Assembly (NCBI GenBank): GCA_038087875.1
Contig: CM075990.1
Location: 2,048,001 to 2,112,000 of the forward strand
DNA from: Malacoraja senta
Lineage: Eukaryota
Direction of reading: 5' to 3'
DNA length: 64,000 nt
Shown here piece by piece: positions 1-14,069 of this stretch. Position 1 is the first letter of the stretch. Each line of letters starts with the position of its first letter. The notes beneath the pieces were generated by a model. That model was not told the origin of the DNA and did no database searches. It saw nothing but the letters and a program-made list of their open reading frames with translations. The position numbers and the translations under genes are program-made.

Positions 1-292
1 GGTGGTGCAGCAGTAGAGATTTTCTACCTCACAGTGCCAGAGACCTGGGTTCGATCCTGACTAGGGCTGCTTGTCTACGCAGTTTGTACATTATCCCCGT
101 GAGCCGCGTGGGTTTTCTCCGGGAGCTTCCGTTTCCTCCCACACTCCAAAGACGTGCGGGTTTACAGGCTAATTGGCTTGGTATCATTGTAAATTGCCCC
201 TAGTGCGTGTCTGATAGGCGCGGACTCAGTGGGCCCTAGGGCCTGTTCCCGCTCTGTATCTCTAAACACCAAACTAAAAAACTAAACTAAAA
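1..292 (+). mobile_element. tRNA-derived V-SINE (HE1-like), cut by window start
   Basis: A-box-like GGTGGTGCAGCAGTAG, B-box GGTTCGATCC, V-domain GTGGGTTTTCTCCGGG..TCCGTTTCCTCCCACACTCCAAAGAC, tail CTGTATCTCTAAA(CTAAA)n. The same element recurs dozens of times in the window. Confidence 0.85.
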
Positions 293-1551
293 AGTGCTGG
301 AGTAACACAGCGGGTCAGGCAGCATCTCTGGAGGAAAAGGACGGGTGATGTTTCGGGTGGCAACCCCTCTTCTAAACTAAAACTGAACAGTGTTCTGTGA
401 ACGATGGAGGATTGCTGAACTGTCCAGGTGGGCACGATGATACTCTAGTTGGTCAGGAGGTATCTGCCAAAAAGATTTGCTCAGTGAGGATAAAGTTCAA
501 AGCCGTATCTTGTTCCTAAAGGAAGCCTTGCTCAGAGTGTCACAAGGCAACCTACAGTGAGCTTAAAATGACTTTGTGTGAGGAAGATTTTCTTTTCTTT
601 GGACAGCTTCTACACATGACCATAGTGCTCCCTGACATTTCAGCAAGATAATAGCTCAATTTATTACCTTGATATTAAGGATTCCTAGCTCGGTTAGTTC
701 TCCAAAGATGATTCAATGTCAGGTTATTTATTAAGTAGTTGAAGGTCAAGGATTGCAGAAATTCACCGTGGGTTTATGAAAGGAAAAAGTGCGTAATGAT
801 TACTGTGGTTCATTGAGGCTGCAGCTCGTAGAATAAAGGACAGAACCATGGATAGACACAAAAAGCTGGAGCAACTCAGCGGGTCAGACAGCATCTGGCG
901 AAAAGGAATAGGTGACGTTTCGGGTCGAGACCCTTCTTACCCAACAGAACCATGGATTTGTGTATTTAGTAGTAGACGCAGGTACTGATCTCTGCACCAT
1001 CAATGGGATCGACAAGAGGTACTGCCTCAAAATGGCAGCCAATATCGTCAAAGACCCACCCAACCTCCCAAGGTCAGGGGTGATCTTACAGAGGTGTATA
1101 AGATCATGAGGTGAATAGATAGGGTAGATGCACAGAATCTTTTATCAACAGTAGGGGAACCGAGAACCAGAGGTGAGAGTGGAAAGATTTACTAGGAACC
1201 TGAGGGGTAACTTTTTTCACACCAGGTGGTGGGTCTACGGAATGAGCTACCAGAGGAGGTAGTTGAGGCAGGTGCAATAACACCATTTAAAAGGCATTTG
1301 GATAGGTACATGGATAGGATAGGTTTAGACGGATGGAAGTGCAGGGAATGGGGGAATATGGATCATGTACAGGCAGATGAGATCGCTTGAACTTGGCATC
1401 ATGTTCGGAACAAACATTGTGGGCCGAAGGGCCCGTTCCTGTGCTGTACTGTTCTATGTTCAATGTAAGTATGTGCAGTTGGTCTCTTAACATGGCTTCC
1501 CACCCCTTTGGTAGTCAGTTTGCCCTTCTCAAGTCGTGCAACAATTTCTCC

Positions 1552-1983
1552 GGATATTTCGCTTGGGCAGCTTACATCCCCAGCGGTATGAGTTGATTTC
1601 TCTCACTTCAAGTAGCCCTTGCATCCTCTATCTCTCTCTCCGTCCCTCCCCCACCATAGTCGTAGTACGTGTTTCACTGTTGTCCTGTTGCGTTTCACCG
1701 TCTGTACAACTCGCTGTCACCGACCCAACAGCCAACAATGGACCATTGTGGGCTCCACCTTTCCATGATCAGCGTTGCTTTTTGCACATCTTTCATTCAT
1801 TTGTCCAAAGTACTGTCTATATCCCTCGTTTCCCATTCCCCTGACTCTCAGTCTGAAGGAGGGTCTCGACCCGAAACGTCGCCTATTCCTTCTCTCCAGA
1901 GATGCTGCCTGACCCGCTGAGTTACTCCAGCTTTTTTGTGTCTATCTTCGGTTTAAACCGGCATCTGCAGTTCCTTCCTGCAC
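1552..1983 (+). mobile_element. Penelope-like element 3' remnant with hammerhead-like terminal repeat
   Basis: Encodes IFRLGSLHP, matching the end of the GIY-YIG region at 10090-10356. Followed by CTGAAGGAGGGTCTCGACCCGAAACGTC (1853-1880) and the AGATGCTGCCTGACCCGCTGAGTTACTCCAGC repeat. Confidence 0.7.
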
Positions 1984-2572
1984 AATTCCACCTATCCATT
2001 CTCTTCCATCCTGTAACCAGATTGAACAGCAACAGAAAATGTTGGTGAAATAGTCTAAAACCTTGATTCCATTCATCATGTATGTAACTAGTCTAAAGAC
2101 AAGCTCCTGCCTTTGTTGTCTGGCTGGCTTGTTCCTTCTAAGTTCATAACTTCATTGGTTATAGGAGCAGAATTAGGCCATTCGGCCCATCGCGTCTACT
2201 CCGCCATTCAATCATGGCTGATCTATCTTTCCCTCTCAACCCCATTCTCCTGCCTTCTCCCCATAACCCCTGACACCCGTACTAATCAAGAATCTATCAA
2301 TCTCCATCTTAAAAATATCCATTGACTTGGCCTCCCAGCCGTTGGTGGCAATGAATTCCACTTCCGTGAATGTGATTTGCAGAAGGATGTCGTTTTGCGG
2401 AATAAAGAATGGATCCATTAATCATTGCACGGAACACACAGGCACACCTACCTGTCACATTCCTTTCTTCCTTCCTTCTTGTTCCACGTAGGTAAGTAGA
2501 ACATTATGAGATGGGTGGGCAGGAGCAGAGACGAGGATTTAATGGGCTCCAATTGCTACAATTCTAATTAGA

Positions 2573-3575
2573 ACATAGATAGAACGTAGAACTGTACAGC
2601 ACAGGAACGGGCCCTTCGGCACACAACGTCCGTGCCGAACATGATGCCAAGTGAAACTCTGCACGTGATCCATATCCATATCCCTCCATTCGCTGCACTT
2701 CCATGTGCCTATCTAAAAGCCTCTTAAACACCACTATCGTATCTACCTCCACCACTACTTCTTGCAGCATGTTCCAGCCCCCACCACCCTCTGTGTTAAA
2801 CAACTTGCCCCACACAGCTCCATTAACCTTTCCCCCTCTCACCTTATCGCTACACCCTCTAGTGTTGGACATTTCCACCCTGGGAGAAAACTGACTGTCT
2901 ACCCTATCTATGCCTCTCATAATTGTATACACTTCTATCAAGTCTCCCCCCAACCTCAGACGTTCCAGAGAAAACAATCCAAGTCTATCCAACCTCTCCT
3001 TGTATCTGAAAGCGTCTAATCCAGACAGCATTGTGGTAAACCTCCTCTGCACCCTCTCCAAAGCCTCCACATCCTTCCTGTAATGAGGTGACTAGAAGTG
3101 CACGCAATATTCCAATTGCAGCCTAACCAAAGTCCTATAGATCTAGCATCACGACTTCCTGACTCTTCCAGTAATGGAGGCAAACATACCATACACCTTC
3201 GTTACCACCCTACACACTTGTGCCGCCATCTTCAGTGAGCTATGAACTTGCACTCCAAGATCCCCTTGTTCATCAATGCTGTTAAAGGTCTTGCCACTAA
3301 CTGTATACTCTCATCTTTCACTCAAACTCCCAAAGTGCAACACCTCATTCTTTCTCAGGTTAAACTCCATCTGCCATTTCTCTGCCCATTTCTGCAGCTG
3401 ATCAATATCCCACTGTATCTTCTGACAGCCTTCCTCACTGTCTGCAACTCCTCCAATGTTGGTGTCATCAGCAAACTTACCAACCCACCTGTATTTATGT
3501 CCGTCATTTACATATTTCACAAACATATTTCAGGACCCATCACAGATCCCTGCGGAAACCTCCATTGGTCACAGA
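2573..3575 (-). mobile_element. CR1 LINE ORF2 3' fragment (degenerate RT C-terminus)
   Basis: Peptides KFADDTNIGG..WAEKWQMEFN and LERVQRRFTTML..LGLFSLER..GDLIEVY; frameshifted; CR1 3' UTR. Confidence 0.9.
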
Positions 3576-3608
3576 CCTCCAGCACAACCCTGCCATACGC
3601 ATCAGCCA

Positions 3609-3925
3609 GTTTAGTTTAGTTTAGTTTAGAGATACAGAAACAGGCCCTTCGGCCCACTGAGTCTGCACCGACCAGCGATCCTCGCACACTAAGACTACCC
3701 TACACACACTAGGGACAATTTTACATTTATACCAAGCCAATTAACCTACAAACCTGTACGTTTTTGGAGTGTGGGAGGAATCCGAAGATATTGGAGAAAT
3801 CTCACGTAGGTCACGAGGAGAACGTACAAACTCCATACAGACAGCATCCGTAATCAGGATCGAACCCGGGTCTCCGGTGCTGCATTCGCTGTAAGGCAGC
3901 AACTCTACCGCTGCGCCACCGTGAC
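3609..3925 (-). mobile_element. HE1-like V-SINE, near full length
   Basis: (TTTAG)n tail at 3609-3630, V-domain, B-box GGATCGAACC and head CTACCGCTGCGCCACCGTG as read on the + strand. Confidence 0.85.
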
Positions 3926-4557
3926 TGCTTAGTGTACGGGTGATCGCTGGTCGGCGCGGACTCGGTGGGCCGAAGGGCCTGTTTCTGCGCTGTATCTCTA
4001 AAGAGTCTAAAATAGATTGCCCATGGGGTGGGTGTCAGCCATTTGTCAGGGCAAGGCAGTGGATAATCAGGGCCAAGCTACTGTAAACCGGATTGAGGCG
4101 CTGCAATGACTCTGAGTGTGGGAGGAACACTGAACACGATGATGAGTGTGTAGGAAGGAACAGCAGATGCTGGTTTACACCGAAGATAGACACAAAACCA
4201 GATCAATCCCGGGTTTCTGGCGCTGTAAGACAGTAACTCTACCGCTATACCACCATGGCGGCCACAGTTCTGAATCTATACCCCCAAGTCACCATGAATC
4301 CCGTGCTTCTTAATCTGGATCTGCTTACAATGAGGGACCTTATCAAAATCCATGTGTACAGCATCCATTGCTCTCCCTTCATCAGTCTCCTTCGTCACTT
4401 AGTAAGTTAGTAAGATAATGGTGACAGTGTTCAATGTCAAGAATCTTTCCATCACTACATCCTGTCTTCTATCATCGAGCTCATTTTGGATCCAATTTGC
4501 CAGTTACTATTTTCCACAACCTTCTGCACCAGCCTAACATGCAGGACCTTGTCAAAT

Positions 4558-4970
4558 GGAACAGAAACATAGAAAATAGGTGCAGGAGGAGGCCATTCGG
4601 CCCTTCGAGCCAGCACCGCCATTCATTGTGATCATGGCTGATCGTCCCCTATCAATAACCCGTGCCTGCCTTCTCCCCATATCCCTTGACTCCACTAGCC
4701 CCTAGAGCTCTCTCTAACTCTCTCTTAAATCCATCCATTGACTTGGCCTCCACTGTCCTCTGTGGCAGGGAATTCCATAAATTCACAACTCTCTGGGTGA
4801 AAACGTTTTTTCTCACCTCAGTCTTAAATGACCTCCCCTTTATTCTAAGACTGTGGCCCCTGGTTCTGGACTCACCCAACATTGGGAACATTTTTCCTGC
4901 ATCTAGCTTGTCCTGTCCTTTTATAATTTTATATGTTTCTATAAGATGCCCCCTCATCCTTCTAAACTCC
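4558..4970 (-). mobile_element. CR1 LINE 3' end
   Basis: ORF 4652-4957 RGHLIETYKIIKG..SRTRGHSLRIKG..FTQRVVNLWNSLP; (TTCTATGT)-type tail. Confidence 0.9.
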
Positions 4971-6085
4971 TTACTAGTGTACGGGTGATCGCTGGTTGGC
5001 GCGAACTCGGTGGGCTGAAGGGCTGAAATGCCTTACTAAAGTTAAACTAAACAACTTATACCTCCTTATCTTCACCAATTTAATTATCCAGGTTCAATCC
5101 TGCCTGGGGTGCTGTCTATGCTTGGAGGTAGCACGTTCTCCCTGTGACCACGTGGGTTTTCTCCAGGTGCTCTGGTTTCCTCCCACATCCCAAAGACGTG
5201 TGGGATTGTAGGTTAATTGGCCCTCTGTAAATTGCCCCTAGTGTGTAGGGATGTAAAAGTGGGATAACATAGAACTAGTGTGACCGGCCGATTGATGGTG
5301 GGTGTGGGCTCAGTGGGCCGAAGGGCCTGTTTCCATGCTGTATCTCTAAACTGAAACGAATAACTAAAATCTACCCAAAAAACTCAATCAAATTAGTTTT
5401 GTTTAGAGACAGAGCGGAAACAGGCCCTTCGGCCCACTGAGTCTGCACTGACCAGCGATCCCCGCACAATCCTACACACTAGGCATAGTTTACAGAATCC
5501 AATTAACCTACAAACCTGCACTTCTTTGGAGTGTGGGAGGAAACCGGAGCACCCGGAGTCAGGATGGAATCGTGTCTCTGGCGCTGTAAGGCAGCAACCT
5601 ACTGCTGCGCCACCGTGCCGCCCTTGTGTGTTACAAGGATATCAAAGGATGTGCATCCAAGAGGATATCAAATCCATCCTACCTTTCTAGTAGGACCTGT
5701 TTGAAAGTTCATTGGCCAGAAACATTAACTGGCTCTTTCTCCACAGATGCTGCCTGACCTGCTGAGTTTTTCCAGCACTTTCGGTTATAATTTCAGATTT
5801 CCTGCAGCATCTGCAGTTTCTTATCTTTATTGCCTTTATTTCGTTTAGTTTGGTTCAGTTTAATTTATTGTCACGTGTACCGAGGTACAGTGAAAAGCTT
5901 TTTTGATGCATGCTATCCAGTCAGTGGAAAAACAATACATGATTACAATTGAGCCGTCCACAGTATACAGTGAATAGTTTAGTGTAAGATAAACACGTGT
6001 AACGTCCAATTAAAGATAGTCCGAGTTGCATCAATAAGGTAAATAGCAGCTCAAGACCGTTCTTTAGTTGTTGATAGTCCCTATC

Positions 6086-7380
6086 TATAGAAACATAGTA
6101 AATAGGTGCAGGAGTAGGCCGTTCAGCCCTTCGAACCAGCACCGCCTTTCAATATGATCATGGCAGATCATCCATAATCAGTACCCCGTTCCTGCCTTCT
6201 CCCCATATCCCTTGATTCCCTTAGCCCTAAGAGCTAAATCTAACTCTCTCTTGAAAACATCCAGTGAATTGGCCTCCACTGCCTTCTGTGGCAGAGAATT
6301 CCACAGATTCACAACTCCCTGGGTGAAAAAGTTTTTCCTCATCTCAGTCCTAAATAGCCTATGCCTTATTCTTAAACTGTGACCCCTGGTTCTGGACTCC
6401 CCCTACATTGGGAACATTTTTCCTGCATCTAGCCTGTCCAATCCCCTAAGAATGTTATAAGTTTTTATAAGATATCCACTCATCCTTCTAAATTACCGCG
6501 AATACAAGCCTAGTCGACCCATTCTTTCATCATATGTCAGTCCCGCCATCCCAGGAATTAACCTGGTGAACCTACGCTGCACTCCCTCAATAGCAAGAAT
6601 GTCCTTCCTCAAATTAGGAGACCAAAAGTGCACCCAATACTCCAGGTGCTGTCTCACCAGGGCCCTGTACAACTGCAGTAGGACCTCCTTGCTCCTAAAC
6701 TCAAATCCTCTCGCAATGAAGGCTTTCTTCACTGCCTGCTGTACCTGCATGCTTACTTTCAGTGACTGATGTACAAGCACACCCAGGTCTCATTGCACCT
6801 CCCCTTCTCCTAATCTGAGACCATTCAGATAATAATCTGCCTTCCTGTTCTTGCCACCAAAGTGGAAAACCTCACATTTATCCACATTATATTGCACCTG
6901 CCATGCATCTGCCCACTCAACCAACCTATCCAAGCCACCCTGCAGCCTCACAACATCCTCCTCGCAGCTCACATTGCCACCCAGCTTTGTGTTATCTGCA
7001 AATTTAGAGATGTTACGTGTACTTCCCTCGTCCATATCGTTAATATATATTGTAAATAACCGGGGTCCCAGCACTGAGCCTTGCGGCACCCCACTAGTCA
7101 CTGCCTGCCATTCTGAAAAGGACCTGTTAATTCCTACTCTTTACTTCCTGTCTGCCAACCAGTTCTCTATCCATGTCAATACCCTACCCCCAATACCATG
7201 TGCTCTAATTTTGCACACTAATCTCTTGTGTGGGACCTTGTCAAAGGCTTTTTGAATGTCCAGATATGTCACATCCACTGGCTCTCCCTTATCCATTCTA
7301 CTTGTACATCCTCAATAAATTCCAGAAGATTAGTCAAGCATGATATCCCCTTCATAAATCCATGCTGACTTTGACCGATC
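6086..7380 (-). mobile_element. CR1 LINE ORF2 fragment, 5'-truncated
   Basis: SGVPQGSVLGP..FTIYIND..KFADNTKLGG and LYRALVR..FWSPNLRKDILAIEGVQRRFTR in broken frames. Confidence 0.92.
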
Positions 7381-7877
7381 CCGTCACTAATGCTTTCTAA
7401 TATTGGTTCCTTTCCACAGATGCTGCCTGACCTGCTGAGTGATTCCCCCACTTTTGGTTATTATTTCTAGCATCTGCAGTTTCTTTGCTATACAGCCTTC
7501 ATTGGCTCTAGTTCCCTATCTATAGATGTTGGTTCCTCTTCATAGATGCTGCCTGTCTTGGATAATGTTTCCAGCATTGTTTTTTTTTTAAATTTCTATC
7601 GTTCTGCAGCATTTTACTTTTAAATCAGATGTATAACCTTATAAAATGGGGCTAGGACAGGTGTGAGGGCTGAAAGGCCTGCTTGCATTCTGAATGTATT
7701 GAACTGAGATTGACATGTATGGTTGCTGCTTCCATTAACCCACATAATGTTGGTAAATCTTTGCTGATGGTTAGAGAAGTTTTATTTACTGCTCAACTTG
7801 TACAGTTGAGTTTAATTTAGTTTACTTTAGTTTAGAAACACTCGGCAGTGTCCACGCAGACCAGCGATCACCCCATA

Positions 7878-8882
7878 CAATAGACAATAGACAATAGGTG
7901 CAGGAGTAGGCCATTTGGCCCTTCGAGCCAGCACCGCCATTCAATGTGATCATGGCTGATCATCCCCAATCAGTACCCCATTCCTGCCTTCTCCCCATAT
8001 TCCCTAACTCCGCTATGTTTAAGAGCCCTATCTAGCTCTCTCTTGAAAGTATCCAGAGAACTGGCCTCCACCGCCCTCTGACGCAGAGAATTCCACAGAC
8101 TCACAACTCTTTGTGCAAAAAAGTGTTTCCTCGTCTCCGTTCTAAAATGGCTTACTCCTTATTCTTAAACTGTGGCCCCTGGTTCTGGACTCCCCCAACA
8201 TCGGGAACATGTTTCCTGCCTATAGCGTGTCCAAACCCTTAATAATCTTAAATATTTCAATAAGATCCCCTCCCATCCTTCTAAACTCCAGCGTATACAA
8301 GCTCAGCTGCTCCATTCTCTCAGCATATGACAGTCCCGCCATCCCGGGAATTAACCTTGTAAACCTATGCTGCACTCCCTCAATAGCAAGAATGTCCTTC
8401 CTCAAATTAGGGGACCAAAACGGCACACAATACTCCAGGTGTGGTCTCACCAGGGCCCTGTACAACTGCAGAAGGACCTCTTTGCTCCTATACTCTACTC
8501 CTCTTATTATGAAGGCCAACATGCCATTCGCTTTCTTCACTGCCTGCTGTACCTGCATGCTTACTTTCATTTTCTGATGAACAAGGACCCCCAGATCCCG
8601 TTGTACTTCCCCTTTTCCCAACGACACCATTTAGATAGTAATCTGCCTTCCTGTTGTTGCTACCAAAGTGGATAACCTCACATTTATCCACATTATATTG
8701 CATCTGCCATGCATCTGCCCACTCACCCAACCTGTCCAAGTCACCCTGCATTCTCATAGCATCCTCCTCACAGTTCACACTGCCACCCAGCTTTGTGTTA
8801 TCTGCAAATTTGCTAATGTTACTTTGAATCCCTTCATCTAAATCATTGATGTATATTGTAAATAGCTGCGGTCCCAGCACTG
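7878..8882 (-). mobile_element. CR1 LINE ORF2 fragment with (TATTGTC)n tail
   Basis: VLGPQLFTIYINDLDEG..FADNTKLGG; LVRPHLEYCVPFWSP; tail CAATAGACAATAGACAATAG at the left end. Confidence 0.92.
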
Positions 8883-9892
8883 ACACTAACTATTTTACAC
8901 ACAAGGGACAATTTATAATTATAGTATAGTTTAGTTTAGTTTAGTTTAGAGAGGTAGAGCATGGAAACAGGGCCTTTGGTCCACCGAGTGCGTGCTGACC
9001 AGCTATCACCCCATAACTCTATCCTACACACAAGGAACAATTTGTCATTTTTACTGCAGCCAATTAACCTAGTAGATGGGTCCCTCACACTTATCTCCAT
9101 CGCATCCCGTAGTTCTGCTCTCGTTCCCCCACACTATAGATGCAACAGAGACAGTTCCCCTGGTCCTCACCTTTCCCCCTACCAACCTTCGCATCCACTC
9201 GTTCACTGCAGAATGAGGACATCTCGGATGTTACAACTCTGCCATTTACTGTCCGCTCACATTATGTCAGAAGGATCTTCACATTGTATAGGGCGACACG
9301 GTGGCGCAGCAGTAGAATTGCTGCCTTACAGCCAGCACCGCCATTCAATGTGATCATGGCTGATCATCCCCAATCAGTTCCTGCCTTCTCCCCATATCCC
9401 CTGACTCCGCTATTTTTAAGAGCCCTGTCTAGCTCTCTCTTGAAAGCATCCAGAGAACCTGCCTCCACCGCCCTCTGAGGCAGAGAATTCCACAGACTCG
9501 CCACTCTCTGTGAGAAAAAGTGTTTCCTTGTCTCCGTTCTAAATGGCTTACTCCTTATTCTTAAACTGTGGCCCCTGGTTCTGGACTCCCCCAACATTGG
9601 GAATCAAGAACCACATAGATTTATGGTGAGGGGGAAAAGATTTAATAGGAACCTGAGGGGTAACTTTTTCACACAAATGATGGTAGGTTTATGGAACGAA
9701 CTGCCAGAGGAGGTAGTTGAGGCAGGTACAATAACAACATTTGAGAAACATTTAGATAGGTACATGGATAGGACATGTTTGGAGGGATATGGGCCAATTG
9801 CAGGCAGGTGGGACTAGTGTAGATGGGGCATGGCGGTCAGTGTGGGCAAGTTGGGCCGAAGGGCCTGTTTCCACACTGTATCACTCTTTGAC

Positions 9893-10985
9893 TGACGTCC
9901 TACGAGATCCCACCACTTATCCCATCTTCCCATCTCCATCCATTTCCACCTTCCGCAGGGAAGGTTCCCTCCGCAACTCCCTGGTAGACATCCCTTCCCA
10001 ACCAAACCTTCCCCTCCCGCAGGAGATTTAACACCTGTCCCTTTACCTCCTCTTTTGTCAACGTCCAGGCAGTCCTTCCAGGTGAGACCATGGTTCATAT
10101 GCACCTCCCCCAATCTCATCCACTGCATCCAGCATTCCTGTTGTGGCCTCCTGTACATCAGCGAGATCAAGCATACACTCGACGACCGTTTTGCCGAAAA
10201 CTTGTGCTCGGACTGCTGGATTGCCCAGTTGCTAAACATTTTAATTCCTCTTCCCATTCCCACACTGACCTTTGTGTCCTGGGCCTCTTCCACTGTCAGA
10301 GTGAAGCCACACACAAATTGGAGGAACAGCACCTCATATTCCACTTGGGCAGCTGACAACCCAGCGGTATGAACATTGACTTCTCCAATTCTAGGGAACC
10401 TCTAACAACCCCTATCCCCCTCCTCTTTCTCCCCCAAACCTTCTCTTTCTTCTCTCTGCCCCCCACCCCTCCTCACCCCCATCCCCATTCCCTTCTCCCC
10501 ATATCAAAGGATATGGGGAGAAGGTAGGCACAGGTTACTGATTGTGGATGATCAGCCATGATCACTATGAATGGCGGGTGCAGTGTCGAAGGGCCAAATG
10601 GCCTCCTCCTGCACCTATTTTCTTTCTATGTGCTGCATTTGGACTCACACCGATTTCTCCCCTCCCCCCTCCTCCCACATTCCTTCCTCTAGCTTCACAG
10701 CTTGCAATTCTGCAATCCTTTTGTCTCACGCCTTCTGTTTTTATCTCTGGCCTCTGTTCCCAAACATCTGCCTACTGAACCGCCCCTCGCCTATATTCAC
10801 ATTGTCTACCTCTCCTCGCTTCTAGTTTTCTTGCTCTCCTCCCCCACAATCAGTCTGAAGAAGGGTTCCAACCCGAAATGTCACCTGTCCATGTTCTCCA
10901 GAGAGGCTGTCGGACCCGCGGAGTTACTCCAGCACTTTATGTCCTTTTGTGTAAACCAGCATCTGCAGTTCCTTGTTTCTACCCT
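9893..10985 (+). mobile_element. Penelope-like element remnant: GIY-YIG endonuclease region plus terminal repeat
   Basis: Frameshifted peptides LRDPTTYPIFPSP..FRREGSLRNSLV, FICTSPNLIHCI..CGLLYISEIKHTLDDRFAENL, PVAKHFNS..HSHTDL..KLEEQHLIFHLGS. Ends in the CTGAAGA..GAAA repeat at 10855-10882. Confidence 0.8.
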
Positions 10986-11199
10986 ACATGGCTAACCACC
11001 TTTCATCATGACTCCGATCACCATCTGATATGGATAGAAATTCTAACTTTCGTGGACAATTAGAAATGGGATGGTGTGAAACGTAAATGTGTAGAGGGAT
11101 GAGGCAGGGCTGACTGGAGATGTGGTCTTTCAGTCTGGAATTTGCTGCAGATCTTGTTTGATAGATGAATGGAATTCTTCCCTCACTCTCTAAAGTTTA

Positions 11200-11464
11200 A
11201 GGGGCCTGTCCCACTTTCACGACCTAATTCACGACCTTTTTTACTCGTGGACATTTTTCATCATGCTAGAAAAACGCCCCGACCTACTTGATGCCACGAG
11301 AACCTACGACTAGCATCACGGCCTGCTACGACCTACCTACGACCTACCTACGACCTACCTACGACCTACCTACGACCGCCTACGACCTCGTGACGACCAT
11401 GCTGCGAGTATGAGTCAAGGGCAAACTCGGCAGAGGTCATGAATTAGGTCGTGAAAGTGGGACA
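11200..11464. mobile_element. PIF/Harbinger-type MITE, right TIR clipped
   Basis: Left GGGGCCTGTCCCACTTTCACGACCTAATTC versus right GAATTAGGTCGTGAAAGTGGGACA; internal (ACGACCTACCT)n at ~11328-11387. Confidence 0.75.
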
Positions 11465-14069
11465 CCCCCAGCTCCCCAGACTCAGCGGTCCAGCCTGAAG
11501 GTTTCTCCATCCACCGTATGGAGCGTACACTGGCATCTGGGAAAGGGAGAGGAGGGGGCGTCTGCCTCATGGTCAACTCTGCGTGGTGCTCAGACGTGGC
11601 AGTCCTGTCCAACTCCTGCTCTCCACACCTCGAACATCTGGCGGTGAAGTGCCGTCCCTTTAACTCCCAAGGGAATTCACCTCCATCATCATGACCGCGG
11701 TCTACATCCCTCCCCAGGCAGACGTCCGTCTGGCACTGGGGGAGCTGCACGCCGTGGTCAACAAACACCAGACGTCTTACCCCGAGGCGTTCACCACCAT
11801 GGCCGGGGACTTCAATAAGGCAAACCTAAAGAAATCACTCCCTAACTTCCACCAACATGTCTCCTGCTGCACCAGAGGACCAAACACCCTCGACCAGTGC
11901 TACACCACCATCAAGAATGCCTATCGCTCTATCCCTCGCCCTCACTTCGGTAAATCAGACCATACTGCGGTGCTGCTTCTTCCTGCCTACAGGCAGCAAT
12001 TAAAGAGCGCACCCCCAGAGGTGAGGACTGTACAGAGCTGGTCGGGGGGGGGGGGGCAGAGGAACAACTCCAGGACTGTTTGGAGTCTGTAGACTGGGCA
12101 ATGTTCAAGGACTTGGCAACGGACCTGAACGAATACGCCACCGTCGTTACAGACTTCATTAAGAAGTGTGTGGAGGACTGCATCCCCACCAAAACCTTCC
12201 GAGCGTTTCCCAATCAGAAACCTTGGATGAACTTTGAGATCCGCACTCTTCTGAAGTCCAGCCACTGGCATTCATGGCTGATGATACAGTGGCCTACAAG
12301 AAGTCCAGATACAACCTTGGTAAGGCCATCAAAAAGGCCAAAAGGGACTTCTGCTCGAAACTGGAGGAAGAGACAGATGTTCGGCGGCTGTGGCAGGGCC
12401 TGAATGCAATCACCTCTTACAAGTCGAAATCAGGAGGCAGCTCGAATGTCGGCGAAACATCACTCCCTGATGAGCTCAATGCAAAGGTATTTCAGTCTCA
12501 GTCACAGAGGCCGACGTCAGGAAATCCTTCAGAGGGGTGAACCCTCGAAAAGCGCCTGGACCTGATGGTATACCTGGTCGTGTTCTAAAAACCTGTGCGG
12601 ACCAACTGGCTGGAGTTTTTACGGACATTTTCAACCTCTCACTTCTGAGGTCTGAGGTTCCCATCTGCTTCAAAAGGGCATCAATTATACCAGTGCCCAA
12701 GAAGAGTAAGGTGACGTGCCTCAATGACTATCGACCTGTGGCACTAACGCCTGTGGTGATGAAGTGCTTTGAGAGGTTGATCATGACGCAGATCAACTCC
12801 TACCTCGACAAAAACCTGGACCCACTGCAGTTCGCTTACCGCCACAACAGATCAACGGTGGATACGATCTCGCTGGCCCTCCACTCCACTCTGGACCACT
12901 TGGACAACAAAAACTCATATGTCAGGCTGTTATTCATTGATTACAGCTCGGCATTTAACACAATCATCCCCTCCAAGCTGGTTACCAAACTCGCAGAACT
13001 GGGTCTCTGCGCATCCCTCTGCAATTGGATCCTCGACTTCCTCATTCTCAGACCACAGTCTGTTCATATTGGTGGAAATGTGTCAGACTCGATAACAATT
13101 AGCATGGGAGCACCTCAAGGCTGCGTGCTCAGCCCCCTGCTGTACTCACTCTATACTCATGACTGCGTAGCCGGACATAGTGCGAACTCCATCATCAAGT
13201 TCGCTGATGACACCACTGTTGTGGGACGTATCACTGATGGGGATGAGTCAGAGTATAGAAGAGAGATCGAGCAACTGTCCATATGGTGCCAGCACAATAA
13301 CTTGGCCCTCAACACCAGCAAAACCAAGGAACTGATTGTGGACTTTGGAAGGAGTAGGATGGGGACCCACAGTCCCGTTTATATCAACGGGTCGATGGTT
13401 GAAAGGGTCAAGAGCTTCAAATTCCTGGGCGTGCACATCTCTGAAGATCTTTCCTGGTCCGAGAACAATGATGCCATTATTAAGAAAGCACATCAGCCCC
13501 TCTACTTCCTGAGAAGATTACGGAGAGTCGGTTTGTCAAGGAGGACTCTCTCTAACTTCTACAGGTGCACAGTAGAGAGCATGCTGACCGGTTGCATCGT
13601 GGCTTGGTTCGGCAACTTGAGCGCCCTGGAGAGGAAAAGACTACAAAAAGTAGTAAACACTGTCCAGTCCATCATCGGCTCTGACCTCCCTTCCATCGAG
13701 GAGATCTATCACAGTCGCTGACTCAAAAAGGCTGGCAGTATCATCAAGGACCCACACCATCCTGGCCACACACTCATCTCCCTACTACCTTCAGGTAGAC
13801 GGTACAGGAGCCTGAAGACTCCAACGACCAGGTTCAGGAATAGCTACTTCCCCACAGCCATCAGGCTATTAAACCTGGCTCGGACATAACACTGAACTTT
13901 ATTAGCCAATACTGTTATTTGCACTTTATCAGTATATTGATTCATGTGTGTATATATTTATAGAATGCCTTGTAGTCAATGCCTACTATATTCTGTTGTG
14001 CTGAAGCAAAGCAAGAATTTCATTGTCCTATCAGGGACACATGACAATGAACTCACTTGAACTTGAACT
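11465..14069 (+). mobile_element. Rex1/Babar-type LINE, 5'-truncated, APE endonuclease + RT
   Basis: Endonuclease motifs GKGRGGGVC, AVYIPP, AGDFN, GKSDH; RT motifs in ORF 12537-13721; 3' TGACAATGAA followed by (ACTTGA)n tail. Confidence 0.9.
12537..13721 (+). pseudogene. Reverse transcriptase ORF (394 aa) of the Rex1/Babar element
   Basis: [59 protein letters not shown]. Upstream frames are broken and there is a premature stop at 13721. Confidence 0.85.
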
